NCBI GenBank assembly: GCA_963762325.1
Contig: CAVXKQ010000002.1
Coordinates: 39,979-103,978 of the forward strand
Reading direction: 5' to 3'
Source: an uncultured Solirubrobacterales bacterium
Lineage (GTDB): Bacteria; Actinomycetota; Thermoleophilia; Solirubrobacterales; 70-9
DNA: 64,000 nucleotides
Shown: positions 8,604-17,147 of the stretch, in pieces
Layout of the letters: every line of letters begins with the position of its first letter
Numbering within the stretch: position 1 is the first letter of the stretch
Notes under the pieces: generated by a model
Told to the model about the DNA's origin: nothing
What the model saw: the letters and a program-made list of their open reading frames with translations, nothing else
Database searches by the model: none
Made by a program: the position numbers and the translations under genes

Positions 8604-9485
8604 TCAGGAAGCGCCGACTGGGAGCTCCGGCGTCGCGGTGCCGCCGCGCAGGCGCTCGCCTTTGGTGACCACGTCGAAGAAGACGTCGTTGCGCCCGCGC
8701 CGCATCCGCCGTGGCATCGCGAAGCGAGCGCGGCGGTGGCTGGCGGCGATTGCGCGGAAAGCGGCCTCGTGGCCGCGGGTCCAGTTGATGCTGAAGATCT
8801 CCCGCACGCGCGGCGGCAGCGTGCCCTTGATGACGAGGTTCTGGGTGGCCAGATTGGCCCGCGCCGCGGCGGGCACCGGCTGTTCGAAGGCGACCATCGG
8901 CGCCATCTCGAGCGCGTGCGGGGTGGCGTGCAGGTCGGGTGAGGCGAGCTGCTCCTCCCACCAGGCGCGGAACTCGCGATAGCTGCCGGGGACCTCGGAG
9001 GCGGGCAGCCCGAAGAGCTCGCCGAAGCGGACGTAGTCCCGCCAGAGCGCTTCGCGCTCGCCTTCGTTCAGCGGCCGCACCATCGTCTCGTACATCGCCC
9101 GGCCGGAGTCGGCGATGACCGCCAGCGTCCACAGCATCAGCTTCGGGTCAAAGGCCGAGTAGGGGGTCCCGGCGGGATGGGCGCCGGCGTCCTCGTCCAG
9201 CGTCCCCTCGATCCGGGTGTGCAGACGGTGCACCGCCCCGAGCGCCCTGTCGGCTTCGGCGCGGGTGCCGAGGAAGACGGTCTCCTGGATCTTGGCCGTG
9301 CGGGCGAGGCGGGTGAAGGGATGGTTGCCGGCGTTGGTGCTGAGCATCGTGCCGGTGTAGGTGAGCGGTTCCAGCGCCCCGATCAGCAGCGCCCGCTGTC
9401 CGTAGAGGAGCCCGACCGAGCGCTCACCGTGTACTCGCCGGGCCAGTGAGTGGCCGGGGGGGAAGTAATAGGTCTCTTCGCTCAT
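8604..9485 (-). CDS. MpaB-like oxygenase (DUF2236) family protein
   Basis: LARRVHGERSVGLLYGQRALLIGALEPL...HPFTRLARTAKIQETVFLGTRAEADRALGAVHRLHTRI matches the DUF2236/MpaB pattern. Its ATG overlaps the stop of the upstream AAA protease (ATGA). Confidence 0.65.
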   Translation of the reverse strand: MSEETYYFPPGHSLARRVHGERSVGLLYGQRALLIGALEPLTYTGTMLSTNAGNHPFTRLARTAKIQETVFLGTRAEADRALGAVHRLHTRIEGTLDEDAGAHPAGTPYSAFDPKLMLWTLAVIADSGRAMYETMVRPLNEGEREALWRDYVRFGELFGLPASEVPGSYREFRAWWEEQLASPDLHATPHALEMAPMVAFEQPVPAAARANLATQNLVIKGTLPPRVREIFSINWTRGHEAAFRAIAASHRRARFAMPRRMRRGRNDVFFDVVTKGERLRGGTATPELPVGAS

Positions 9486-11050
9486 TGGCCGTCTGGCCAG
9501 ATGCTACTGGCGCCGCCCCGGGTAAGGGCCACCAGGGCGGCTCCCGAGCCCCGCGACTCGATCAGGCCGTGCAGCTCGTGGGCGGCGAAGATCTCGTCGA
9601 GTTCCTCGCGGGTCAGCGTCTCGCGCTCGAGCGCGTGGCTGGCGAGATCGTCGAGGCAGGCGCGGTTGGCGGCGAGTAGGGCACGCGCCCGCCGGTACGC
9701 CTCGCGCGCCAGCGTCATCGCGGCGAGGTCGACGTCGCGGCGGGTTTCGTCGGAGACGGCGTAGTCGCCGATCGGCATCGCGATCGGCGGCGGACCGTCG
9801 TGGTCGAGCGCCACCCCCATCCCGAACTCGGCGACCATCTGCTTGCAGACCAGGTGGACCCGCGAGAGGTCGTCGACCGCGCCCGAGTAGGACTCGTTCA
9901 GAACCACCTCCTCGGCGGCGCGCCCGCCCAGCAGCGTCACCACCTCGTCGAGCAGCTCGTCGCGCGACTTCAGGTAGCTGTCCTCCTGCGGCGAGTGCCC
10001 GACGAAGCCGAGCGCCGGGCCGCGCGGGACGATGCTGAGGATCTCCGGCGGGTCGAGCCCGAGCAGCTTGCGGCAGAGGGCGTGCCCGGCCTCGTGGTAG
10101 GCGACGATCGCCCGCTCTTTCGCGCTCAGGCGCCGGGCCTGCTGGGAGCCGACCGATTGCCGCAGCAGCGCCTCGTCGAGGTCCTCGCGACCGGTGGCCT
10201 GGCGGCCGGCGCGGCCGGCGATGATCGCCGCCTCGTTGAGGGCGTTGGCGAGCTGGGCGCCGGTCATCCCGGTCGTCTTGCGGGCGACGTCGGTGAGGTC
10301 GAGGTCGGCGGCGAGCGGCTTGCCGCTGGCGTGGCTGCGGAGGATCGCCTCGCGGCCGTCGCGGTCGGGCGGGGCGACGAGGACCTGGCGGTCGAACCGG
10401 CCCGGCCGCAGCAGCGCCCGGTCGAGCTTGTCGACGAAGTTGGAGGCGGCGATCACGATCACCGTGCCGGGGTCGCGCTCGAAGCCGTCGAGCTCGACCA
10501 GCAGCTGGTTCAGCGCCTGCTCGCGCTCGCTCGAGCCGCCGTCACCGCCACCGCCGCTGCGGCTGCCGCCGATCGCGTCGAGCTCGTCGATGAAGATCAC
10601 CGCGCGTCCGGACTTGCGCGCCTCCTTGAAGAGGCGGCGGATCCGCGCCGCGCCGCGGCCGACGAACATCTCGACGAAGCTGGAGCCGGAGGCCGCGAAG
10701 AAGTCGACCCCGGCCTGGGCGGCTACCGCGCGCGCCAGCATCGTCTTGCCGGTGCCGGGCGGGCCGAACAGCAGCACCCCCCGCGGCGGCTGCGCCCCGA
10801 GGGCGGCGAAGCGGTCCGGTTCGCGCAGCCACTCGGCGACGTCCATCAGCTCGTCCTTGGCCGCATCGACCCCCTGCACCTCCTCCCAGAGTACGGGCGC
10901 GGTCTTGTTCGCCTTGACCGTTTCCGGCTTGGTCGTGCCCATCGTGCTGCTCATCAGTTTGAGGAACACGAACAGCAGCAGGGCCATGAAGAAGACCCCG
11001 AAGACGGGGTACCAGGCGAAGAAGAATTCCTGTATTTCGGTGGCGAGCAT
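9482..11050 (-). CDS. FtsH-like AAA+ zinc metalloprotease paralog (single N-terminal TM)
   Basis: Walker A GPPGTGKT, Walker B VIFIDELD, M41 zinc motif HEAGHAL, and one hydrophobic N-terminal helix. At 522 aa it is shorter than canonical FtsH. Start taken at ATG 11050. Confidence 0.8.
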   Translation of the reverse strand: MLATEIQEFFFAWYPVFGVFFMALLLFVFLKLMSSTMGTTKPETVKANKTAPVLWEEVQGVDAAKDELMDVAEWLREPDRFAALGAQPPRGVLLFGPPGTGKTMLARAVAAQAGVDFFAASGSSFVEMFVGRGAARIRRLFKEARKSGRAVIFIDELDAIGGSRSGGGGDGGSSEREQALNQLLVELDGFERDPGTVIVIAASNFVDKLDRALLRPGRFDRQVLVAPPDRDGREAILRSHASGKPLAADLDLTDVARKTTGMTGAQLANALNEAAIIAGRAGRQATGREDLDEALLRQSVGSQQARRLSAKERAIVAYHEAGHALCRKLLGLDPPEILSIVPRGPALGFVGHSPQEDSYLKSRDELLDEVVTLLGGRAAEEVVLNESYSGAVDDLSRVHLVCKQMVAEFGMGVALDHDGPPPIAMPIGDYAVSDETRRDVDLAAMTLAREAYRRARALLAANRACLDDLASHALERETLTREELDEIFAAHELHGLIESRGSGAALVALTRGGASSIWPDGQ

Positions 11051-11174
11051 CGAACCAGTGTGCGGGTTATGTCGCCCTGCTACCAATCGCACATCCGTCC
11101 AAAGAGCGGCGAGCGATTAAAGCCTCGGTCCAGCGGGCCAGCCCGGTTGGCGCCGCGGCTCCTAGGATCAGGGC

Positions 11175-11846
11175 ATGAACGGGCCACGCGCGGCAAGCGC
11201 GCCGGAGCTGAAGGCGCAGATCGAGGCCGAACGGGCGGGGCGGCCGTTCCTGGTCCTGCGCGACGGCGAGGACGAGCAGCGGATAGTCGCGCTCGAGGCC
11301 GCCAGCGCGGAGCTCTGGGTCGGCCGCAGCGAGTCGGCCGACGTGCGGCTCGACTGGGACGAGGAGGTCTCCGCTCTGCACGCCCAGCTGGAGGTCGTGC
11401 GGGACGAGTGCACCCTCGTCGACGACGGCCTCTCCCGCAACGGCTCCTTCGTCAACGGGGAGCGGGTTCACGGCCGCCGCCACCTGCGCGACGCCGACGC
11501 GATCCGCTTCGGCCGCACCGCCGTCGTCTACCGCCGCCCGGGCGAGGGCACGCCCGAGGCCACCGCGATCGCCACCGACGTCCCCGCCGCGGCGACGATC
11601 TCCCCCGCCCAGCGCCGGGTCCTACTCGCCCTCTGCCGTCCTTATAAGGACGGCGGCGGCTTCGCCACCCCGGCGACGAACCAGGAGATCGGCGCCGAGC
11701 TGCACCTCAGCGTCGACGCGGTCAAGACCCACATGCGCGCCCTCTTCGAGAAGCTCGGCGTCGGCGACCTGCCGCAGAACCAGAAGCGGGTGGCGCTGGT
11801 CGAGCGAGCGCTGCAGAGCGGCGCCGTCTCCAAGCGCGACCTTTAG
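11175..11846 (+). CDS. FHA-domain / LuxR-type HTH protein
   Basis: FHA pattern WVGRSESADVRLDWDEEVSALHAQL...NGSFVNGERV. The C-terminal ATNQEIGAELHLSVDAVKTHMRALFEKLGV is a LuxR/GerE HTH. Confidence 0.75.
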   Translation: MNGPRAASAPELKAQIEAERAGRPFLVLRDGEDEQRIVALEAASAELWVGRSESADVRLDWDEEVSALHAQLEVVRDECTLVDDGLSRNGSFVNGERVHGRRHLRDADAIRFGRTAVVYRRPGEGTPEATAIATDVPAAATISPAQRRVLLALCRPYKDGGGFATPATNQEIGAELHLSVDAVKTHMRALFEKLGVGDLPQNQKRVALVERALQSGAVSKRDL

Positions 11847-11860
11847 CCGGGCTCGCCGTC

Positions 11861-11903
11861 GCGCGGTTCCCTATGCACGACATGCGTCGCTAGGGAACCA
11901 CGC
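11861..11903. terminator. bidirectional hairpin between convergent genes
   Basis: GCGCGGTTCCCTA-N17-TAGGGAACCACGC has 13-bp arms with 1 mismatch. It lies between the FHA-LuxR stop (11846) and the MBL stop (11922). Confidence 0.5.
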
Positions 11904-11921
11904 GGGGCCGGCGGCGCCGGG

Positions 11922-12668
11922 TCAGCCGCGCTCGACCTGGGAGCCGCCGACGATCGCCTCTTCGCTGCTGTCGTCGAAGACGATCCAGGCCTTGTTGCCG
12001 CCGTCGTAGTCCGGCGCCCAGAGCTTCAGCGTCGCCGTCCGGCCCCAGACCGTGACGCTTTCCTCGCCGGTCGCGTCGAGGCCGCGCCAGATCCGTACAA
12101 AGGGATTGTCCTCCCACTCCGCCCCGATCGTCGTCGGCTCGCGGTGGCCGGGGTGGACGCGGGTCTCCGGCGGCAGCTCCATTAGCCGCATCACCGAGGC
12201 CTGGAGATCGGCGAAGCCGCTGGCGCCTGGCGCCATCGTGCCGCCGACCGTCCCCTTGAAGAGGACGTCGGCGGTGAAGAGGTCGGTGCCATCGACGAGG
12301 TAGGCGAGGTGGCCGGCTGCGTGCCCCGGGGTGTAGATCGCCTCGACCTCGAAGCTGCCGGCCTGCAGCTTCTCGCCGTCGCCGAGGATCGTCTCGACCT
12401 CTTCGTCGAGTTCGGCCGCGGTCGCCTCGTGGGCGACCAGGGGCGGGTTGCCGAGCGCTTTGCGGGCCTCGGCGAGGCCGGCGACGTGGTCGCCATGGGG
12501 GTGGGTGACGAGGATGTGGGTGATGCCGATCCCGTCGCGCTCGACCCTCTCCAGCAGCGGCCCGAGCTCGTCGTTGCCGTCGATCAGCACGCCGGTGCCG
12601 GCCTCCGGGTCGGCGACCAGGTAGGCGTTGGACAGCCACTGTGGGTTCTCGGTCCTCTCGACGATCAC
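11922..12668 (-). CDS. MBL-fold metallo-hydrolase
   Basis: THILVTHPHGDHVAG is the HxHxDH motif, with TPGHAAGH downstream. GTG start at 12668. The 573-aa track ORF is an in-frame upstream extension. Confidence 0.8.
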   Translation of the reverse strand: MIVERTENPQWLSNAYLVADPEAGTGVLIDGNDELGPLLERVERDGIGITHILVTHPHGDHVAGLAEARKALGNPPLVAHEATAAELDEEVETILGDGEKLQAGSFEVEAIYTPGHAAGHLAYLVDGTDLFTADVLFKGTVGGTMAPGASGFADLQASVMRLMELPPETRVHPGHREPTTIGAEWEDNPFVRIWRGLDATGEESVTVWGRTATLKLWAPDYDGGNKAWIVFDDSSEEAIVGGSQVERG

Positions 12669-12714
12669 ATCAGTCCTCCTGTTTGGTCGGCCCGAAACTC
12701 TCCCAGAATTGGAC

Positions 12715-12758
12715 GTGTCTGAGGTTCCCCGCCACATACGGGGGTCAAGCTCAGACAC
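12715..12758. repeat. GTGTCTGAG...CTCAGACAC hairpin element, copy 1
   Basis: The 44-bp GTGTCTGAGGTTCCCCGCCACATACGGGGGTCAAGCTCAGACAC is close to the reverse complement of 15510..15553. It lies in the hydrolase-to-MBL gene junction. Confidence 0.75.
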
Positions 12759-12760
12759 CC

Positions 12761-13519
12761 CTAAGCGGGCGCGGAGACGGCGCTGCCCTCGAGCAGGACG
12801 CGGGCGACCAGCTCGGGGTCGTCCCAGGTCGGCGTGTGGCCGACGCCGGGGAGGACGAGGAAGCGGGAGCCGGCGGGGCGACGCTCCGGCTTCGGCGGTC
12901 CGACCAGCCGGTCGTGCTCGGCCCAGGCGATCGTCACCGGCACGCCCTCGGGGTAGCCGGCGGGGTCGAAGACGTGGGAGCGCATCGCCCGGTTGGCGCC
13001 GTCGTAGCCGTTGGCGTCGAGCCAGCCGAGCACCAGCTCGCGCCCGGCGGCGGGTGGGATCCGCTCCGGACGGGCGGCGAAGGTCGCGAGCGCGCGGCGG
13101 CGGACGGGCGGAATCGAGAGGGCGGCGGCGACCAGCGGGCGCACGCGGCTGGCGAGGGCGCGAGCGTTGTTCTCGCGTGGCCCAATCGGCGCCCGCCAGA
13201 GGCCGGCGGGGGAGATGGCGGTGACCGAGGCAGCCCAGCCGAAACGGCCCATTTCCAGCCCGACCCAGCCGCCGAGGGAGTTGCCGGCGACATGGGGGCG
13301 CTCGATCCCCCGCTCCGCGCAGGCCGTCTGTAGCGCCGCCGCCAGGTTGGCGGCGGTCGGCTCGACCTCGTCGGGGAGCGGCGGTGCCGCGCCGAAGCCG
13401 GGCATGTCGAGCACCAGCACCTCGCGTTCCCCCTTCAGCAGCGGCAGCACCGGGTCCCAGACCCGGCCGCTGCCGCCGAGCCCGTGGATCAGCAGCAGTG
13501 GCTCGCCGCTCTCGCTCAC
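12761..13519 (-). CDS. alpha/beta hydrolase
   Basis: LLLIHGLGGSGRVW, nucleophile elbow GNSLGG, and a C-terminal GVGHTP. Its GTG start overlaps the cfa stop (GTGA). Confidence 0.8.
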   Translation of the reverse strand: MSESGEPLLLIHGLGGSGRVWDPVLPLLKGEREVLVLDMPGFGAAPPLPDEVEPTAANLAAALQTACAERGIERPHVAGNSLGGWVGLEMGRFGWAASVTAISPAGLWRAPIGPRENNARALASRVRPLVAAALSIPPVRRRALATFAARPERIPPAAGRELVLGWLDANGYDGANRAMRSHVFDPAGYPEGVPVTIAWAEHDRLVGPPKPERRPAGSRFLVLPGVGHTPTWDDPELVARVLLEGSAVSAPA

Positions 13520-14706
13520 GACCGGCCGGGTTTCGCGAACAGCGCCTGCACGTCGGCGATCCGGCGCTCGCGAAACCCCGCCTCCGACGAGGAGAGGTAG
13601 AAGTCCCAGAGACGGCGGAAGCGCTCGTCGTAGCCGCGCGCACGCAGCCGCTCCCAGGCGCCGAGGAAGCGCTCGCGCCAGGCGGCGAGGGTGGGCGGGT
13701 AGTGGGCGGTGATGTCGTCGAGCCAGACCTGGCGCAGGCTGGTGACCCGGGCGACGCAGTCGGCGATCGCGCGCTGGGAGGGCAGGCAGCCGCCGGGGAA
13801 GACGTGGGTGTTGGCGAAGCTGCGGGCGCCCTTCTCCGCCTCGTAGATCCGGTCGTCGATCGTGATCGCCTGCAGCAGCATCAGGCCGTCGGGGGCGAGC
13901 AGCTCATCGCAGCGGCGGAAGAAGTCGTCGAGGTACTGCCAGCCGACCGCCTCGATCATCTCCACCGAGACCAGCCGGTCATAGCGCCCGCGCAGGTCGC
14001 GGTAGTCCTGCCGCAGCACCGTGACCCGGTCCGCGAGGCCGGCTTCGCGCACCCGTCTCGTCGCCAGCTCGTGCTGCTCGTGGGAGATCGTCGTCGTCGT
14101 CACCCGGCAGCCGTGCTCGCGGGCGGCATGGATGGCGAGGCCGCCCCAACCGGTGCCGATCTCCAGCAGATGGCTGTCGCGGTCGAGCCGGAGCCGGTCG
14201 CAGATGCGGTCGAGCTTGGCGACCTGCGCCTCCTCGAGGCTGGCGCCGGGGCGCGGGAAGTAGGCGCACGAATACATCATCCGTTCGTCCAGGAAGGAAG
14301 CGAAGAGGTCGTTGCCGAGGTCGTAGTGGGCGGAGATGTTCCGACGCGCGCCCGTTCGCGTGTTCTCCGGCACGAGCTGCCTCGCCCTGTGCAGGAGGCC
14401 GCGCGGGCGGGCGACGGCGCCGCGCAGGCCGTCGAGGTCGCGCAGCTCACGGGCGGCGATGCGGATCAGCGAGACCAGGTCGTCGGTCTCCCAGCGGCCG
14501 TCGACGTAGCCCTCGCCGAGGCCGACGCTGCCCCGCAGCGGGCCGCGCCAGGCGGCCGGGTCGTTGACGGTGACGGTGGCGCGCAGGTCGGCATCGGCGG
14601 GGCCGAAGCCGCGGCGGCGCCCGCCCTCGACCACCTCGATACGGCCGGAGCGCACGCCGCGGCTCATCACCGTGGAGACGGCGGCCCGGGCCAGCGCGTC
14701 CCTCAC
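13516..14706 (-). CDS. cfa: cyclopropane-fatty-acyl-phospholipid synthase family SAM methyltransferase
   Basis: NISAHYDLGNDLFASFLDE and LLEIGTGWGGLAIHAA (SAM motif I). The GTG at 14706 overlaps the DUF1365 stop (GTGA). The longer track ORF overlaps DUF1365. Confidence 0.85.
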   Translation of the reverse strand: MRDALARAAVSTVMSRGVRSGRIEVVEGGRRRGFGPADADLRATVTVNDPAAWRGPLRGSVGLGEGYVDGRWETDDLVSLIRIAARELRDLDGLRGAVARPRGLLHRARQLVPENTRTGARRNISAHYDLGNDLFASFLDERMMYSCAYFPRPGASLEEAQVAKLDRICDRLRLDRDSHLLEIGTGWGGLAIHAAREHGCRVTTTTISHEQHELATRRVREAGLADRVTVLRQDYRDLRGRYDRLVSVEMIEAVGWQYLDDFFRRCDELLAPDGLMLLQAITIDDRIYEAEKGARSFANTHVFPGGCLPSQRAIADCVARVTSLRQVWLDDITAHYPPTLAAWRERFLGAWERLRARGYDERFRRLWDFYLSSSEAGFRERRIADVQALFAKPGRS

Positions 14707-15485
14707 GGCGAGACGAACCCCTTCGGCTTGCTGCCCTGGGGGTGGGGGAAGTAACGCGCGCCCTTCAGCTTCAGCCGCAGCGACTGGGCGTAGATCTTCG
14801 CCACCACCTGCAGCGACATCGCCGGGTAGCGGGCCAGCATCCACGCCAGCAGCGGCCGGCTCAGCTCGCGGCGCCGCAGCGAGAGGGTGGCGTCGAACGA
14901 CTTGGCGCGGGGACCCGCCTGGGGCCGCGACTCGATGTGGACGGCGAGGCGCCCGCCGGGCTCATCGGCGCGGAAGGCGTAGGTCTGGCCCATCCCCATC
15001 AGCGGGGAGACATGGAGGCTCTTGTCGAGCTCCTCGCGCAGTACCGGCCCCTCGCTCTCGCCGCGGCCGAGGACGTAGGCGTGGCGCTCGCCCCAGGGGA
15101 TGTTCTCGACGTCGGCTACGACCGCCTCCACCCGCTCGCCCCCGGCGTCGAAGCAGTAGTAGAAGCTGACCGGGTTGAAGGAGTGACCGAGGTAGCGCAG
15201 CCCGGCGAGCAGGCGCACGGGGCCGGCGGGGCGGCTGCCGGTCTCGGCTTCGACCGCGTCGCGCGCGCACTCGTCCAGCGGCCGCGCGGGGTCGCCCATG
15301 AAGTCCTCGCGGCGGAAGCGGGCGGGGGCGTGGCGACGCGCCGACCACAGCGGGTAGGGATCGAGCACGCCCGGCAGCTCGCCGAGGTCCAGATACATGA
15401 GGAAGAGGCGGTAGCTGAACTCGTGCTCGACCGGCTCGAAGCGCCGGTGGCGGACCGTGCCCTCGTAGACGGCCGAGGCGGTCAC
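14703..15485 (-). CDS. DUF1365 family protein
   Basis: YEGTVRHRRFEPVEHEFSYRLFLMYLDLGEL is the characteristic DUF1365 N-terminus. The gene sits in the conserved position between the oxidoreductase and cfa. Confidence 0.8.
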   Translation of the reverse strand: MTASAVYEGTVRHRRFEPVEHEFSYRLFLMYLDLGELPGVLDPYPLWSARRHAPARFRREDFMGDPARPLDECARDAVEAETGSRPAGPVRLLAGLRYLGHSFNPVSFYYCFDAGGERVEAVVADVENIPWGERHAYVLGRGESEGPVLREELDKSLHVSPLMGMGQTYAFRADEPGGRLAVHIESRPQAGPRAKSFDATLSLRRRELSRPLLAWMLARYPAMSLQVVAKIYAQSLRLKLKGARYFPHPQGSKPKGFVSP

Positions 15486-16807
15486 GCCGCCAACGCCTCC
15501 TCCCCGGACGTGTCTGAGTTTGACCCCCCTATATGGCGGGCAACCTCAGACACGTCCGGGACGGCACTGGATCCGGGCCCGATCGCTTCGCAGGCCCGCA
15601 GCGCGCTGACCACGCCGTCCTCGTGGAATCCCCAGCCCCAGTAGGCGCCGCAGTAGTGGGTGCGGCGCACGCCGCTGATCTCGCCGTGGCGGTTTTGCGC
15701 GGCGACCCCGGCGGCCGTGTAGATCGGATGGTCGTACTCGAAGCGCCGGATCGTCTTCTCCGGGTCGATTTCCTCGCTGCGGTTGAGCGTGACCAGGTAC
15801 TGGCGCTCGGCTCGCAGCCGCTGCAGATTGTTCATCCAATAGGTGACGGTACTCCCCGCCGTCGCCCTCTCGGCCAGGTGGAAGTTCCAGCTCGACCAGG
15901 CGGTGCGGCGGCGCGGCAGCAGCGAGGTGTCGGTGTGCAGAACCGCCTCGTTGCACTGGTAGGGGATCGCGCCGAGGACCTCGCGCTCGGGCTCGCTGGG
16001 GTCGGCGAGCAGCGCCAGCGCTTGATCGGAGTGGGTGGCGATGACCACCTGGTCGAAGTCCTCTCCCGCGCAGCCCTCGGCCTCGATCCGCACCCGGTCG
16101 GCCAGGCGCTCGATCCGCCGCACCGCCGCCCCCAGCCGCACCTGCTCGCGCCAGGGTGCCGAGATCGCCTCGACGTAGCTGCGGGAGCCACCCACCACCG
16201 TCCGCCATCTGGGCCGGTCGCGCAGGCTGTACATGCCGTGGTTGTCGAAGAACTCGGCCATGAAGCTGGCGGGGAAGCTCCACATCTGCTCCGGGTCGGC
16301 CGACCAGACGGCCGAGGCCTGGGGCACGATCAGGCGGTCGATGAAGTGCTGGGAGAAGCCCTTCTGCTCCAGCCAGTGCCCGAGCGAGGGGGCGGTGCCG
16401 TTCATCCCGATCAGCGCCTTCGCCTCGCGGTTGAAGCGGCGCCAGTCGCGCAGCATCCCCAGGAAGCTGGGGCTGATCAGGTGGGCGGGGCGGGCGAATA
16501 GTCCCCAGGGGGTGCCGGAGTACTCGAAGCGACCCTCTCCGTCGGAGACCGAGAAGCCCATATGGGAGCGCTGGCTGGCGACGCCGAGCTCCTCCAGCAG
16601 TGCTTCGAAGTTGGGGTAGTTGCGGTCGTTGAAGACGATGAAGCCGGTGTCGATCTCGTGGACGCCGTCGCCGTCCTCCACCGCGACCGTGTTGGAGTGC
16701 CCGCCGAGCCGGTCCGCCGCCTCGTAGACGACGATCTCGTGCTCGCGGTGCAGCTTGTGGGCAGCCACCAGGCCGGCGACCCCGGTTCCGACGATCGCGA
16801 TTCTCAT
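15482..16807 (-). CDS. NAD(P)/FAD-binding amine-oxidase-like oxidoreductase
   Basis: MRIAIVGTGVAGLVAAHKL...YEAADRLGGHSNTV is a GxGxxG Rossmann N-terminus. ATG at 16807. The C-terminal tail PDVSEVARHIGGSNSDTSGEEALAA is encoded by the hairpin element. Its stop overlaps the DUF1365 GTG. Confidence 0.8.
   Translation of the reverse strand: MRIAIVGTGVAGLVAAHKLHREHEIVVYEAADRLGGHSNTVAVEDGDGVHEIDTGFIVFNDRNYPNFEALLEELGVASQRSHMGFSVSDGEGRFEYSGTPWGLFARPAHLISPSFLGMLRDWRRFNREAKALIGMNGTAPSLGHWLEQKGFSQHFIDRLIVPQASAVWSADPEQMWSFPASFMAEFFDNHGMYSLRDRPRWRTVVGGSRSYVEAISAPWREQVRLGAAVRRIERLADRVRIEAEGCAGEDFDQVVIATHSDQALALLADPSEPEREVLGAIPYQCNEAVLHTDTSLLPRRRTAWSSWNFHLAERATAGSTVTYWMNNLQRLRAERQYLVTLNRSEEIDPEKTIRRFEYDHPIYTAAGVAAQNRHGEISGVRRTHYCGAYWGWGFHEDGVVSALRACEAIGPGSSAVPDVSEVARHIGGSNSDTSGEEALAA
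15510..15553. repeat. GTGTCTGAG...CTCAGACAC hairpin element, copy 2 (inverted relative to copy 1)
   Basis: GTGTCTGAGTTTGACCCCCCTATATGGCGGGCAACCTCAGACAC, extended by CCGGAC/GTCCGG flanks (15504..15559). It lies inside the last ~25 codons of the oxidoreductase ORF. Confidence 0.75.
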
Positions 16808-16952
16808 CGGCAGTGGATACGAGACGAGGCGGCGATCGGTTGCATCGAGTCCCCTGACCGCTACCCGGTCGGGGAGGATTCGAGCCGTGGACCGGCGCGG
16901 CGGTTCCTCTCGGGTACTGGGGCGGGTGACGAAATTTGCCCACTGCGGCGCC

Positions 16953-17147
16953 ATGAGCGCTACCGTGTTCAGAGCAGACGTGAGGTCCAGAAGCACTTCG
17001 AGGCGACACCGGCTCCCGGTGCTCCTGGTGGTCTTGACTGTGACTGCGACGCTCGCCCAATTGCCTATCGCGGCCGCCGGAACCGGCGGGGCGGGGCAGG
17101 TGGAAGAAGCGCCGGTCCTCCGCACCGATTCGGGTCCCGCCCCTTGA
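16953..17147 (+). CDS. small signal/TM-containing ORF coupled to the HExxH protein (hypothetical)
   Basis: 64 aa containing RRHRLPVLLVVLTVTATLAQLPIAAAG. Its TGA (17145-17147) overlaps the TTG (17144) of the next gene, giving a TTGA junction. Confidence 0.35.
   Translation: MSATVFRADVRSRSTSRRHRLPVLLVVLTVTATLAQLPIAAAGTGGAGQVEEAPVLRTDSGPAP

Noticed and set aside
7801-9132. A 443-aa minus-strand ORF that is Arg/Pro/Gly-rich.
   Set aside because: It is a shadow ORF typical of ~70% G+C DNA. Its composition is non-protein-like, and it overlaps the well-supported SIMPL and MpaB genes in other frames and also tRNA-Val.
9800-11647. A 615-aa plus-strand ORF antisense to the FtsH-like gene.
   Set aside because: It is an antisense shadow with a low-complexity, Arg/Gly/Asp/Leu-rich translation. 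The opposite strand carries clear AAA and M41 motifs.
11922-13643. A 573-aa ORF. The long versions 15482..18130 (882 aa), 16562..18232 (556 aa) and 57405..59612 (735 aa) are the same kind of case.
   Set aside because: Only the C-terminal parts are real genes (MBL, oxidoreductase, HExxH protein, PHP). The upstream portions are stop-free read-through in G+C-rich DNA. They overlap other well-supported genes and have Arg/Pro-rich composition.
13384-14754. Long antisense ORFs at 13384..14754, 27969..29711, 34850..36742, 37537..38694, 47611..49221 and 60940..62166.
   Set aside because: All lie opposite genes with unambiguous family motifs (cfa, decarboxylase, transaminase, ald, cysNC, sulfatase). 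Their translations are low-complexity.
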